A stretch of 64,000 nt of DNA from Ramazzottius varieornatus (GCA_001949185.1 BDGG01000002.1:8422448-8486447), one strand, 5' to 3'; positions 11,590 to 24,465 are shown, counted from the stretch's first letter. The notes: a model not told the origin generated them from the sequence alone. Numbers and translations: made by a program.

Positions 11590-13264
11590 AGATACGCGCT
11601 TGATGCTATGTATAATCTATTTATAAGACCTAGCAAACGGAGGTGTCCGAAGTCAATTCCAAGCTGGAAAGTCGATCCGTCGCCCTACATGAGATACCAT
11701 CAGAACTGTAGGACGCAGAACACCATAGCTTAATTTTGCGTGCCAGCTTGGCCCAGCTCACAGCACGCAGATGCGGGGATAGCCAATGGTCAGTGTCTGG
11801 TCAGATCTGTGGGCTGTCAGCTGGCGCGCCGAAGTCGTGGTCTTTTGCGTCGAAGACATTTTCTGACATTCATCTAGGACGGCGAATCAACTTCCCAACT
11901 TGGAATTGAATTTCGACAGCTCTGCTACCAAAGTCGAAGTCAGGAGATTTGTACACTACGTACTGCCGTTCTAGTGCAAAAGGCGAATTTAGCCAGGGCG
12001 TACACTGGTCGGTAGGAGGAGAGAAAGTTGGACTATCCATTAAGTTCGACCAGCTCGGTACCGGTGTCTCTTTCAATTTCGAACTGTACTGAACGATAGC
12101 AATGGGTTCAACGACACTGTTAATTGCACAAGCTTGCGGTTTACACTGGACTGGTGTTGCGCTGGTATCCACCGAGTTGGAAGTTATGCGCGGAACGAAG
12201 CCTGTACAGTAATAATCCTCGCTTCCTTATTACGTCACTGGCACCATAGCGTAACAGGGAGTGTGCGTTGAACTTGAATTCTACGTTTAAAGATTCGAAC
12301 ACACGTAGAAAAAAAGCCCAGAAAGGCCGTTCTTCCACACGTATCAAGTTTCACCCTGATCAGACACAGCTCTAATCCTCTACGATCAGGCCTCGTCAAT
12401 GGTCCATAGCCAGGCAGCCCATGCCGAAGCACCAACCAACCAATCACCCAGCCACAGTCCCTCACCGAAGCCAGGATAGCTTCAGGCTAGAGCTCATTCG
12501 ACCCAACCCTCGGAGTCGGTCTTTCTCACAAAGTTTACAGCTAGATTCATTTTGCCCACTTCCCTTACCCACGTGCTTTGAGTGGAGGAGAGACTCTTCA
12601 CCTGGTAGACCTGCTGCGAATATACCGTAGATACGATCCGGCACGAAAATCACACCCTCCCTCAGCTTTTCAAGGAGCGACACGCGCGCCCCAGACACCG
12701 CAAAAATATACTTTACAAGTCATTCGTAAGGCTCCTCTGTGGCATCACTGTTCAGCTTGTCAGCACTGCCAAGCCGGCAACATTGTAAACAACGAATGAC
12801 GGTAGACATCCACGGTGCTACTTCTTTCTTCATGGAAATGCTTTTTAAGTCCATCTGTATTTAGGAGCTCATTAACTATGACTACAGCAACACACCAAAA
12901 AATGTTGTAACAATGTTATTCTTCTGCACGCGGGAAAATACCACAACAGCGGCACAAACTTGTGCTCGATAAAAACAAGGTTATTTGGCATCAAAGTCGT
13001 AGGCTTTCTCGTGCACTAACACTGTAACCGGTTACACTGTATAAGATATGCAGGCAGTTGAGCCGTCTTAAACTGTGGCTTTTTTGCACGATCATAAATT
13101 CACAAAGATATTCGACCAGGATGCACTTGTATCTGGCTTTGCAGAAACGCCGCGTCGGAAATTCCGAAACTGCAAGAGCGGAAGCGGTGGAAAATATGCC
13201 GATTTGCCGCGGGCGCGCAGATTGATACTCTTCTCAGCAAGTGGGAATGTTCCGTAGGTGCTAC

Positions 13265-13273
13265 ATATAAAAA
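13265..13273 (+). promoter_or_regulatory. Candidate TATA box of the ferritin-like gene
   Basis: ATATAAAAA about 90 bp upstream of ATG 13357. Confidence 0.4.
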
Positions 13274-13356
13274 CGCACGACGAGCAAAATTCCGCTGCTT
13301 CGTTGCTTGTTGTGGTTTGCTTGCCGTGAAGCCGAATCTCATTTAAATACTGTGCC

Positions 13357-14405
13357 ATGAACTGCATCAAGGTGGCCCTCTTTGTGGCTGCTTGCCTGGT
13401 TGGCGGAGGCTTGGGCGGAGGCAACAGGGGCATGTCTCGAAACCAGGATGCATACGGTAAGTCGATCAACGATACCGTCGGACATCCCCCTCTCCCTCGT
13501 CAAAGGACGCTTAGCTTCGAGGCCACCATGAATGTGCGTTTGTTTTGATTGCAGCGGAAAAGATGGACATGACGTTGGATGCCCTCAACTTCCTTCTGGG
13601 AGTTGAGCACCTGGCTTCGGCCTTCTATGTGCAAGCCGTCAACAACTTTACCGCTGACGACTTCAAGGCTGCCGGTTTGGCTCAGCGTGACTACGACCAG
13701 TTTGTGGGAGTGCGCAACAACGAAGTGGACCACCGAGACACGCTGATCAGCGTCATCAAGTCGCTGGGCGGCAAACCCAACCCTCCCTGCAAGTATACCT
13801 TCCCCGTCACTGACGTCGCCTCCGTCCTCAAAGTTTCCCGCACTCTGGAGAACGCCGATAAACCGGCCTACCTTGGCGCTCTGCGCGACATCAAGAGTGT
13901 CGAGCTGCGAACCTCCGTCCAAGGTGCCTTGAGCGGGGATTCGGCTCACGCCGCCTTCTTCGCCTACCTGACGGGCAAAGCTCCCGCCCCCGGCCCCGTT
14001 GACGGCCCGCTGACGCAACGCCACATTGCCACTCTGGCCCAAGACTTTATCGTCTCTTGCCCATACCCGGCGCCCAAGCCCTTCCCCAAACTGACGCTCA
14101 GCCCACAGTCGGGCCCTGTCGGTACGGTGGTGGCCACCACTTGCGCACAAGACGTCGACACCAACGGTGTGATGTGCGCCATCATTTCCGGTAACCAGGG
14201 CACACTGATGCAGCGACCTGGACAGGCTAAGGACGGCTCCGGTGCGGCCACCTGTACCATCCCACCGGGTGTCAAGGGTATTCTCTTTATCGCTTGGGTC
14301 CGTGGCCGTGATGTTCTCAATGTGGGTGTGGATGACAGCTCCACTGTATGCGGCCCCAACTACTTCCTCCTGTCCGCTCTTGGTGATGCCGTTCCCGGCG
14401 TTTAA
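13357..14405 (+). CDS. Secreted ferritin-like protein (Ferritin_2 / fungal Rds1 / desiccation-related PCC13-62-like) with beta-rich C-terminal domain; exons 13357-13456, 13555-14405
   Basis: Signal peptide MNCIKVALFVAACLVGG; LNFLLGVEHL..AFY, NEVDH, LGGKP.PPCKYTFP, LEN....AYLGA, DSAH, FIVSCP..P.K.FP.L follow the Rds1-like pattern; one phase-1 intron. Confidence 0.85.
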
Positions 14406-14754
14406 ACCAACCTCACAGTGTGCCTTTCTCGCCTTCCATATTTCTCAACTATCATAGCTTGCTCACCCCAGCCGAAAGTTTCCATCTGGTGTTACGCACT
14501 ACATTTATGCATAATCGCTGGAAACAAAATCTGATAATCAAATTCCTAACCAAAATAAAGGTGGTCGGTACAATAACACAAACTCGACAAGGTTGTTTTT
14601 CCAAGCGGCGCACACTTCCAGCCAATCACAGCGGAAACATGCGCCACTTGGGACAACAATCTTGCCGAGCATCACACCGATGAGAAAGACGCATTGAAAA
14701 GGAGCGTCATCTTCGTCTAATCACAAGTAGAATCTCTATCAAAGAAGTAAGGCA

Positions 14755-17700
14755 TCAGTCAAAAGGGTTGAACAAGGTCCCGGTAACTTCGATGGGTTCT
14801 CCATCCGTGCCATCTTCCGTGGCGACATCTTTCAGAGTGGGTACGACAGGGTTGACAGCCCGGAAGTCGCTTTCGTAGACCAGGTCTACTTCGCCCGCTC
14901 TGATGGTCCTCATGGCGAAGAAGGCAACGACAGGAATGGCTACTTGACGAGGATGTCCAATGTGAATGCCCAGTGGTGGTTGCAGAACCATGACGGGTAC
15001 CGCGTTGACGTCGGCTGGTCGCTTCTCTTCCTGGCACTGTCTCACTGATCGAATCAACCGAGCGGGACCCTGAAAGTCCTTCATGCAAAGGCTGTACTTC
15101 TCGCAACCTGGAGGCCACTACAAAACAAGGGAAAAATTCAGTTAGCACGGTACGAGGATGAAAAACGATCAAGGTGGCATCCTCGTCCACCCGCATACAT
15201 TTATATTCGCTAGAATCACTACAATGCGTATGTAGGAGCATGAGAGATGTCACACCAGTCCGTGCATGCACGTGCACACAGACTTTATCCATAACATGCG
15301 GAAATCAGTGTATGCAGCACACAGCGAACAACAAATTGTGAAACCATCATGCACCTGCGTACTGAAGCAGCAGCATGAAAGCATGCTTTCTGTATGCCGA
15401 TGGCCTTATCGTCTCTCGACTTCCCAAAAATGGCTGTTAAATTCAAACGTATGGACTAACAATAGGCAGCTTTGGCAGCAAGAACGTTCTCTCTTCCGGC
15501 CATTCCGTTTTGGTGTCGTTCAGCTCGCCAGCCATGCGAAAGAGAAAGTCACCCTGGTGAACGTCCCTTGTCAACACCAACTTCCGGCCATCCCGAAGCT
15601 GCACACGCGGAGGAGCCTGGCTGGCGCGGTTGGCGCACTGCTTGATATTACATGAACAAGTCTCGCTGCACTCTCGAACGAAATCGTGCTGAAAGTCAAA
15701 GCCCTCCATCTGAAGTGACTGGTCTTCGTTGTAGCCTTTGGTTGCGGAATACCAAGACATGCAGGGGCATTGTGCCGGTACACAGACTTCCTCACACAGA
15801 CATCCCTACAAAGACATTGGTTTTTGAACACAATCAGTAGAAAAAAGCCCGGCCAATAAAGCCGACAAGGCTGTTCCTCCAATTGACGAATGTTATTAGT
15901 TTCTTCAGCTGAGAGCGTGCGCAATCCTGCCGGGTTTTGCAAGTGGCGCATGATTTCATTGCTATTGCCTGGAACGGTGCGCCATCAACAATGTCATCTT
16001 CCCAGGTGGCGCACAGTCCAATGTCACTGGCAGGAAAGGTGCGCCACTTCAAAACACCGACAAGTCGGCCTCTCCAGATGGCGCTTGTCGACAGCGTTGT
16101 GGCCTGAAAGCTTGCGCCGCTTGGAACAAGGCTGTTGTTGAGTTGATAATCATTAGTCATTAGCCTCATTACCTCGCATTTGCCGCTGATGCTGACCAGA
16201 GCCATGGCGTACTTCTCACTAGTCAGTATCTTTCTGCCGCTTTGACGTTGCCCCGCCGCGGCTATACCATCAGTGATGGTGTGAGACTTGAAGTGGCTGG
16301 TGCAAGTATTGAAGAGTGGCGGTTGCAGCAGCACCGTACTTGTCCGGATGGCTTCGGCGATGTCCTTCCGCCCTCGCCTCTCCATAAACTTCTTCGTAGC
16401 CGTTTCAGCACCCGACTTGGACGCTGAAGGTTTCTTGTCCTTGGGCAGGAACTGCGGAGGTAGCCGTGCGGTCTCGATCTTCGGACCAGGTCGCCACAGT
16501 GTGGCCACCGAGTGGACAATCGGCCTTGCTGGCTTCTCGGAAAAGGCCGGTACACCTTGTCTCCTCTTTTCCAGCACCTCCATCATGTCTTTTTCGTCGG
16601 AACACACCCTGAAAATGCAAGCATTTGTTCCCATTATTCGCGGTAGAAGCTGCGACGGGAGCAAATGAATTGAACCAGATCGTTGGCTCAAGCGGCGCAT
16701 GTTCACAGTTTTACAACCTGAATACGCGCGCCAGTTGGAAGAAAACAGTCTTGTCGAGTTTGTCCTCAAGTGGCGCACGTTGTCCTTCTAATTGACTGTC
16801 AGTGTGCGTCACTTGGAAAAGGCGCACTTTCAGCCATTGTTCTATCAATACGAAGTTTTTACGAGGAGTTCCAACTGGCTCGTACCCTGCTCTGTCCTAT
16901 TAACTATGTCCGTCGAGAAAACCCTAGCGCGCGAGCTTTGTCCAGCCTGACGCAAGCCTACCTTTTCTTGGTCCAGTCAACTTGCAGCTGACGGCCCACA
17001 AAGCGCCGCACATCCTCATTGCCGCAATGGAGACAGGCCCATTCGGTCTTACCGTTGACCTTGTTCATACAATCAGCGTGGTTGAAGTGCCGAAGGTTTT
17101 CGTGGGGTGCAGAGCCCTCTGCCCCCAGGCAGTAAACGCCCTTGCCAGGCTTTTCCCCGGCCATCCTCTTGCGAGGACCCTGTACGTTCAAGACAAGCAT
17201 ACATTCAAATCGTTCTTGGATACGTCGTACTATATGCAAATGCCCCCCCCCACCTACCGAAGTTATACGACAGTTGGGACACATGTCGTGCACAAGGACA
17301 GCTCCCACATGGTTCTCACAAAAGCGCAGCTGTTCCTCGTTAGGATCCAAGCCCGCCTTCTTCATGTTGAACACTCGGCTGGCACAATAGCCTACCAACT
17401 AGGCCAAAAAACAGTTGAAAGCTCGTTGAAACTCGCCAAAACGCATTCCTCAAGTGGCGGACATATCCGGGGTCCTGGGTGGACACATGCGCCACTTGGA
17501 CAAAAGCGCCAAGACTGTTTTGTCAAGTGGCGCACGTATCCAGCATTTTAACTGGACGCGTGCGCCAAGTGGACAAACGCGTCGAGACTGTTTCCCAAGT
17601 GGCGCAGTCTGCGGTGCTAGAGACTCGAAAGGTGCGCCATGCGGAAAAATCTTGAAGATGGATCTCTCAAGTGGCGCACGTTTCCAGTATATTAGCCCAC

Positions 17701-19590
17701 CGTGTGCGCCATCTGGAAACTCGTCAAAATTATTCCACGAAGTGAAATCTACTTCTGCTGACTTCCTTGCTTACCAGGTCAGCCTTGCCTTCGCAAGCTT
17801 TTGCCCCACAGTGGCGTCTTCCGTAGGGCAGGGTGTCGGCCTGGGCCAAGGTGGACGGCGTCTCAAGGCTTCTCTGCTTCATCAGCCTCCTGCCTTCCTT
17901 GACCATGCGCTGTCGCAGCCTGTCGATCTCCATCAAGCGGTCAGTTTCTGTCTCGCTGGTGGGTGACATGATGAAGAACTTGGCTAGTTGTAGGCCGCAC
18001 AGTGAGCGTACAAAGGACCAGGGTGCCTCACTGGCCTTCAGTGGGCGAAACTCGGCATACTTGAGCTGCTCCCACTCGTGCTGGTGCAGCGCCAAGTAGT
18101 TGAGGACCTTGCGGTTGTCCTCCGAACTGTAGGCTATCCGGCTGGACGTGAAGAGCCGACGGAGAGGCTGCGTTGACATGGAAGAGATCAGCTTCATCAG
18201 CACCTTGCTTGTCGCTTCCCTCGGCAAGACCAATTCCCGCCCGGAAATGGTAGACACTCTCGACAGGGAGATGGCCGAAATCTGAAGGAAAAAACAAGGC
18301 TCAAAAGAACGTTCCCAATTTAGGCTCTGTCCGCCTGCCTTGGAAATGACTTCCTCCATGGCGCTGTACGCCTCGGCCAGCTCGATGCCATCCGTCACGC
18401 TTTCCACCACTTCCATCGGCGCTTGTGCGACTTCTGCCTTCTCCACACCGTTCTTCGAACCTTTATTCCTGTCTGCATAAACCGGCTCAACTTCGTGTGG
18501 TCCTGAGACGACGGCTTTCTCAAAGAGCGAAGGAGCTTCGAAGGTGGGCTGATAGGGTTCCTTCTGCAAGTCGCTCCTCACCGACCTTCCTACCTCGATA
18601 GCCATCCTCTGGGCAGGAAGATCATTGTTGAATTTCTGTACTGGAGGACCTAACTGCCCTGGCTGAAGGAACGGCAGGGCTTCTACGAAGTTTTCTGTTT
18701 GATTGCTGTCAGTCAGCCTGTTGAAATGCCTCCGCGGTCGGTTATTATCGGGTGAGGCGGCAGTTGTGTATGACAGTTCGAGCTGTTGGTTTTCGCGGAA
18801 GATTCGTAGTTGACGTTGCAGAGGTGATTCGTCCTCCATGGGTGATCGTGCGAGTATCTTGGTGGAGCCCCAGACGAAGTCGCTGTCGTCGTTGAGACGC
18901 TTCAGTCCCACTGCGGTTTGCTGCTCGCTCCAGGTTCGGCGTTGGGCATCTTCCAAAGGGTTAGATGGATGAAAAGCCGCTCGCTGCTGCCAGAAGAAAG
19001 GCCAGAAAAGATTGTTGTTCGTCACGGTATGTGCGAAATGTACAAAAAGAGTATTTCCAGATCGGTAGACCAAACTGGGCCAGAGCGTTGCCAACCTGCA
19101 TACATCGAATCCGATTGTCTGAAGCAAACATGTATGCAGGTTCGCTCACCACATTCTTGCCAGAGGGGATAACCAGCAATCGAAATACGAATGGCTAAAA
19201 AACGAGATGACGTCAGATCACGTGCCCTCAATATTTAAGAATAACATCACGTGGTCTGCTGCGCCAGCTGAGCGGGAAATAAATTCACACTCTAACAGGG
19301 AAATGAATTCACACTCTAACAGTCTAGCTTATAGTACTATTTCGGCGCACCTGAAATGGACGGTCGGTTTGGTAGGGATGGAACCTATTTCCTCTATCGT
19401 TGTGGTTGAAGCCGCCAGTCTTCTGGTTGACGAACGGTACGGGAGAAGGAGAGCACCATGGACGTGCGAAGTTGTTCAGAGAAGGGCCGTGTTGACGAGG
19501 GTGATCAGGGTGGTTATAGCGTGGGACCGGCTGATATCTTCCCGGATTGTACGGATTACTGCCACGGTGCATCCCCGAATCCCGGTCCAT
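14755..19590 (-). CDS. G9a/GLP (EHMT)-like protein with Cys-rich zinc region, pre-SET and degenerate SET domain
   Basis: CENH...H.MCP.C...HADC...C.HCG resembles the EHMT Cys-rich region; pre-SET GCLCEEVCVPAQCPC...VRECSETCSCNIKQCANRASQ; SET end VAFFAMRTIRAGE. Some exon boundaries are uncertain. Confidence 0.75.
15940..16125. repeat. 72-bp-period hairpin family, 3 units (EHMT-like intron)
   Basis: Unit starts at 15940, 16003, 16075. Confidence 0.8.
17451..17716. repeat. 72-bp-period hairpin family, 4 units (EHMT-like intron)
   Basis: CAAGTGGCG(C/G) starts at 17451, 17524, 17596, 17668 (periods 73, 72, 72), each closed by a TGCGCCA arm. Confidence 0.9.
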
Positions 19591-20035
19591 CGTAGATATC
19601 GTGCCGTACAAACCTGTTCGACATTAGAATGTAATCGTCAAGCCAAGCCCCGTCTGCAATTCCGCTCAAATGAGAAGAATTAATAATTTCCCACAAGATT
19701 CAGACTGTCTATATCAAGTAATCAATCGACCTCCCTCACGCTCGTGAAAACCAAAACAAACGGAAATCAGATTCTGACTTCATTCCTTTCTCTCGACTTA
19801 CCGGCCTGGGTGATGTTCTGCAACTACGCTTCATCCACTTCGCTTCTCCAGGATCGTCTGAATGCCGTGGATTCCATGAATCTGCTCTCGCGAACGCCAA
19901 CCAATGGCATCAACATGTCAAGCGGCTCAAACCGGATCTTCCCAAAGAACAAATAGGATTAACAGGATCGGCGATGGGCGCCGATGGACGGGTCACGGGT
20001 GATTTACTCAGTGAATTAACTTAATCAAAAACAGA

Positions 20036-20528
20036 ACGCCTCGCAGCATTAAGTGTATAGCCCAACTTAGGAACGGCAATCACTCGATCAACATTTCTTT
20101 TATGAAAAATACTGTTCCCAGTGACGTTCAAACACTGGGTCTCCTGTTTGATAGCGGTAGGCTTTACGCACTGATGACGTAGTTTTCTGCTGCACCGGTT
20201 TCTTGGCGGGTCGTAAGTGATAGTTCCCTGATTTTGGATATTAGGCTCAGTAAATCAACCGTCCATCGCTGCTTTCAAGTTCTGGACTCTAAGAGCAGCG
20301 GTGGACGGGTGATTTATCCAGCCTAATATCGAAAATCATGGAACTGCCACCTACGACCTGTCGAAAACCGGTATAACAGGGAAACTTTGTTATCAGTGCG
20401 CAAATCCTGCCTTTTGAACAGGAGACCGGGTGTTCGAAAGACATTCGAAACGGTATTTTTCATATAGAAAGTATTGATTGACTGATTGCCGTTCTAAAGT
20501 TGGGCTACGCTTGAGGTTGCGAAGCCGT
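20036..20528. repeat. ~490-bp diverged palindrome (fold-back element) between divergent genes
   Basis: Arms of ~240 bp pair along their length, e.g. TAGCCCAACTT-AGGAACGGCAATCA / TGATTGCCGTTCTAAAGTTGGGCTA and GATATTAGGCT / AGCCTAATATC; centre ~20285. Confidence 0.85.
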
Positions 20529-20680
20529 CCACCGCTGTCCAGCAGTCTAGACTCTAGATCGTTCTGGCCGGCGGATGGTTGTCTTTCGCGCTCCAAGACT
20601 TCTTCCGTGCAGAACTATTGCCTTATTAATGGCGCAGTGAATGGACTATTGATAATCCGAACAAGATACTGCAGCAACGA

Positions 20681-22869
20681 ATGGAAGAAGCCGAAGAGCA
20701 GGCCGTCATCATCGATGTCACAACGGATAACGCCCCCGCAGTGCTCTCGATCATGCTGAAACAGATCGAGAATGCCGACTTCGTCGCTATCGACCAGGTA
20801 AGAAACTAGTTCGCATGTTGAGCAAAAAATTCGTTGTGGCGGACCTGGTGATCGTATCTTTGCTCCTAGGAGTTGTCGGGACTGGGAAACACCGCCGGAC
20901 GGAAGCATTTAGACATGGATGGCTACTACAAGCGCGTACGGGAAGCCGCAGAAGAACGAGCTGTCATCAGCATGGGCATTTCTTGCTTCAAATCCTCCAA
21001 GGACTTTGTCAAAGCGCACCCGGACATGTGCGATCGTCTCCTCTTCGACTGCTGCTCCTTCAACATCTTCCTCATTCCCGAAGGCCAGTTTCACATGGAT
21101 GGATCCGCTCGTCGTTTCCTTGTAGCCCATGGATTCAATATGAACTGGTGGGCGGAGAATGCCATCTCCTACGCGAGGGAGTGCCAGGTAAACCTATAAT
21201 GCTCATCGCCATCTAATTGTCATGTTCTCATGTCTGAAGCGTATCTCACGTGACGTCACAGTATTACTATATGAGCAGTTGTGTGTGACATGACGCGATA
21301 GGCTACCAATCGTGACGTCATGCGCCATTTATTTTCAAATATCGTAACGCGCGCGTCTTCGATGGTTATTTCTTTTTAATATCGTTGATTCGTTGTAGAC
21401 TGACTTCATGTCTTCCGTAGTGGATGGACTACTGACTTCCAAAGCGTCTATCGTATTCCACAATGGCTTATTGGATTTGGCGTATTTCTACAGCAGGTGG
21501 GTACGTTCACATTATCCAGAACATTTTTCCGAGTTGAAGATTGGTGTTTCTTTGTAGCTTTTACGGATCTCTCCCAAAGTTGTACTTGACTTTCACAGCA
21601 GACATAGCAGATATGTTTGGTGGACGTCTCTTTGACACCAAGGTAATTTGTGATAAGCAGTTAAACTGGCGACTGTCCAGTTTAGAGTACTGTTTCAAGA
21701 AATCCCAGCGGGTGTCATCTCGGGCTCGTAACCTCGGTCAGCCCGCTGCGCTGATCCGCCAAAACATTCCCGAAGTTCCGGCTGATAGTCTGGTGAAGAT
21801 TTCCGTGTCGGAGAATGTGACAGTCTTTGAGGAGACGCCGGTCGTGGGGATCCACGTGTGCGAACTGATGTACCATTCGGGCTTCTGCAACGCCTTCAAG
21901 ACCGGAGATTGTCAGCACCCGGTAGAGAACCATCAGATGGACCTCGTCCTGGACGTAGAAGAATCACTTCGCAAGCGCAAAGAAACTTCGGGAGAACAGA
22001 AAGATGAACCCGAACCGAAAAAGCGGTTTGATTTCGTAAGAACGAAATTGGTGGGATCTCAGCAAACAAACCCGACAAGACTGATTTTCAAGTGGCGCAC
22101 GTTTGCAGTATTATTAACTGATGTCGCGCGTCACTTGGGAAAAGTCGACAGCTTTATTTTATCAAGTGGCGCATTTTACCAGTGTTTGTGGCTCATAGCA
22201 TGCGCTACTCAGGAAACTCGGCAAGATTGTTTATCCAAGTGGCGCACCTTGTCACTGTGATACAGTAGACTGATGGTGTGCGGCACTTGGGGAAACAGAC
22301 CGGTCAACTTCGTTTGCGTTGGTCTCGATCGATGCCGGTGTCTTCTAGGGATATTCTTTCAACTGGAGGATTTTTTCTGGTTGCAGGATAGTCTTTCGAA
22401 ATCTCCAAAAGAGAAAGTCTCCGGAGAAGCCAACGGTGATATGGAGCCCGGTGAAATTGCCACGACGGAAGAAGAGCGGGTAAAGCTGAAAGGCATCTTC
22501 AACTTCCAACCAAAGATCAAGGCGGCCAAGTCCACCGAACGTCGCGAAGTCCATCCACAGCTGCGCGGCACCAGTCACTTTACCATCGACAACAACAAGA
22601 CCTACAACCTGGACTTTGGGCTGCACAGTGCAGGCTTCGATGCTTTCATGACCGGCTATGTCTTCGCCACTTCGCTGGCCCAGCTAGGCCGCACCGAAAA
22701 GGAGGGAAGGATACAGTTCACCAAGAGCGAAGGCTTCGTTAACCGCATCCATGTCACCGGCAAGAATGATCATCCTTGTAATTTCGTAAAGAGTTCGACG
22801 GCTAAATTTAGTGATGTACACGAAAAACTTGTGGCTAGAATTCGAAATACCAAAGCCGAACCATTATGA
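20681..22869 (+). CDS. TOE1: Target of EGR1 (CAF1/DEDD-family snRNA deadenylase); exons ~20681-20797, 20870-21187, 21399-21496, 21558-22035, 22387-22869
   Basis: FVAIDQELSGLG, FLVAHGFN.N, IVFHNGLLDL, LFDTK, SSLEYCFKK, CCCH finger, LHSAGFDAFMTGY. Confidence 0.88.
22089..22290. repeat. 72-bp-period hairpin family, 3 units (TOE1 intron)
   Basis: CAAGTGGCGCA starts at 22089, 22163, 22236. Confidence 0.85.
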
Positions 22870-23129
22870 TAATATATATTCCCTGCGATTTTAGATTATT
22901 TACTGCCCTCTGAGGAAATTCCAAAGGAAATCTGCGGCAAGTGTTGCACCTCGGATTCGTTCAATGCGAACATGCAAAACAGAGACTCAGTATCGACAGG
23001 ATGAGCTCTGTCCTCTCTATAACCTTCTTGTAAAACTTCGTGAAACTTTATACAAGAGAAGGGACAGCTTTCGACATAGGTCGAGAAGAACGCAAAAAGC
23101 GCAGTTATCAATGTTTGGAAAAGAGTTTT

Positions 23130-24180
23130 TCAGATTACTAAGCGGTAAGTAACGTACCGGCCAGCAGTTTCTGATGTTCGAATGATTTTCACGACCTATA
23201 CAGCATAAACCTCAACTGTGAGACATTCGAGAAAGAAGTCAATGTGATTCTGGTGGGGTTTGTACTTACTTGGCCACGCTTTAGGCCGAAGTACCTGGCT
23301 ACAGGGTCGCCCAGTTGCATTCGGGGAAGCTGGTGCTCTTTGAGCTTATACCTGGTCAATAGCTCTTGCTTTTCTTCGGGAGTGAGAAGGATGTGCTTTG
23401 GGACTAGCTACAAAGAAGAACGTTTCCAAGAACTTCCACTTCCGGTCTGGAAGGGTACGTCGTGGTCCAAGCTTTACCTCGTGTTCTGTAACGTTGAACA
23501 TCAGCTCGGCTTCCGTGAAATGCTCCATAATGTACTTTGGTGCCATGTCGGACAGAGCCTACAAACCCTTCAGACATACGGCGAATAAAACCAAGTAGGA
23601 GAAGAAGGAAAGCTTTACCGTTTTGGCCGAGGGAGTCATGCCTTGGCGGATGACAATGACAGCGCGCGACACACTTTGCTCCTGCATTTGCTGAAAGTAC
23701 GTCTTGATTGTTTTGATGCCCACTTTACCGTCGTCAGGCCAGAAAATCAGCATTTGCTCTGAAAAGACCGAAACACAACATAGCTCTCCTGCTATCCGAA
23801 CTTCCTGCACTACGGACGAAGGCTCAAGGTAACGGTACGCGGAAAGTTCGCGTCCGACAAAGAAACTGACCGGTAGGATCTTGAGAATGCTGAGCGAGAA
23901 TGAGGAGATCATTGCGACTAGGCTTCTTCTCCGTGGCGGGTTTATCTCCGAAAACTTCAGTGAATCCTTCCAGTGTCTGGTCCAGCTCGTGTTGCGCTAT
24001 CAAGTAGCCTCGATCATGGCACATCTGCGACGAAAACATAAACTCAACATGGTAGATTTACAAGAGACTGGAAATTTGATAATGATATGGCAGAAGCTGA
24101 ATTCTCCAAGCACTGACCTGCAGGACTGTCTTCCTCGCTCTCCACAACCTGTACGATTCTTGCTCGTCATCTGCCGCCAT
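23130..24180 (-). CDS. POLR2E: RNA polymerase I/II/III shared subunit RPB5 (6 exons)
   Basis: [81 protein letters not shown]. Confidence 0.97.
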
Positions 24181-24465
24181 CGCCGATACTTATCCCACCT
24201 ACGCCGACAAACAGAGCTCAGAATGACGCGTGCACCACGAGGAACAACGATAAAGCTCGACTACGGAGAAAGAAAACCGAAATGGATCCGGATGCAAAAG
24301 TAACGCAAAAAAATCACATGCAATCAGAGAGACTGCTGCAATCAAGAGTTCTCAATCAACTCGTATTCCAAATTTCGACATCGCAATCACGCGAATAGCG
24401 TCGACTGCGGCCTGCGCCGGAAACGAAAAACTTATTGCAGGTTTCCGTCGGGTTGGACCGTTGAT

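Noticed and set aside
13156-13165. kappaB-like site CGGAAATTCC upstream of the ferritin-like gene
   Set aside because: A single short motif is expected by chance; no supporting evidence
13500-14359. Long antisense ORFs overlapping the ferritin-like gene (also seen over ODC and SLC16 exons)
   Set aside because: Shadow frames caused by GC-rich codon bias of the real sense-strand gene
17451-17716. CRISPR-like array (palindromic repeats with variable intervening sequence)
   Set aside because: Eukaryotic intronic context, no cas genes, degenerate repeats, and the apparent spacers are themselves diverged copies of a TTCCAG..CTGGAA inner stem rather than unique acquired sequences
19273-19321. 24-bp tandem duplication in an EHMT-like intron
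   Set aside because: Simple local slippage with no sign of function
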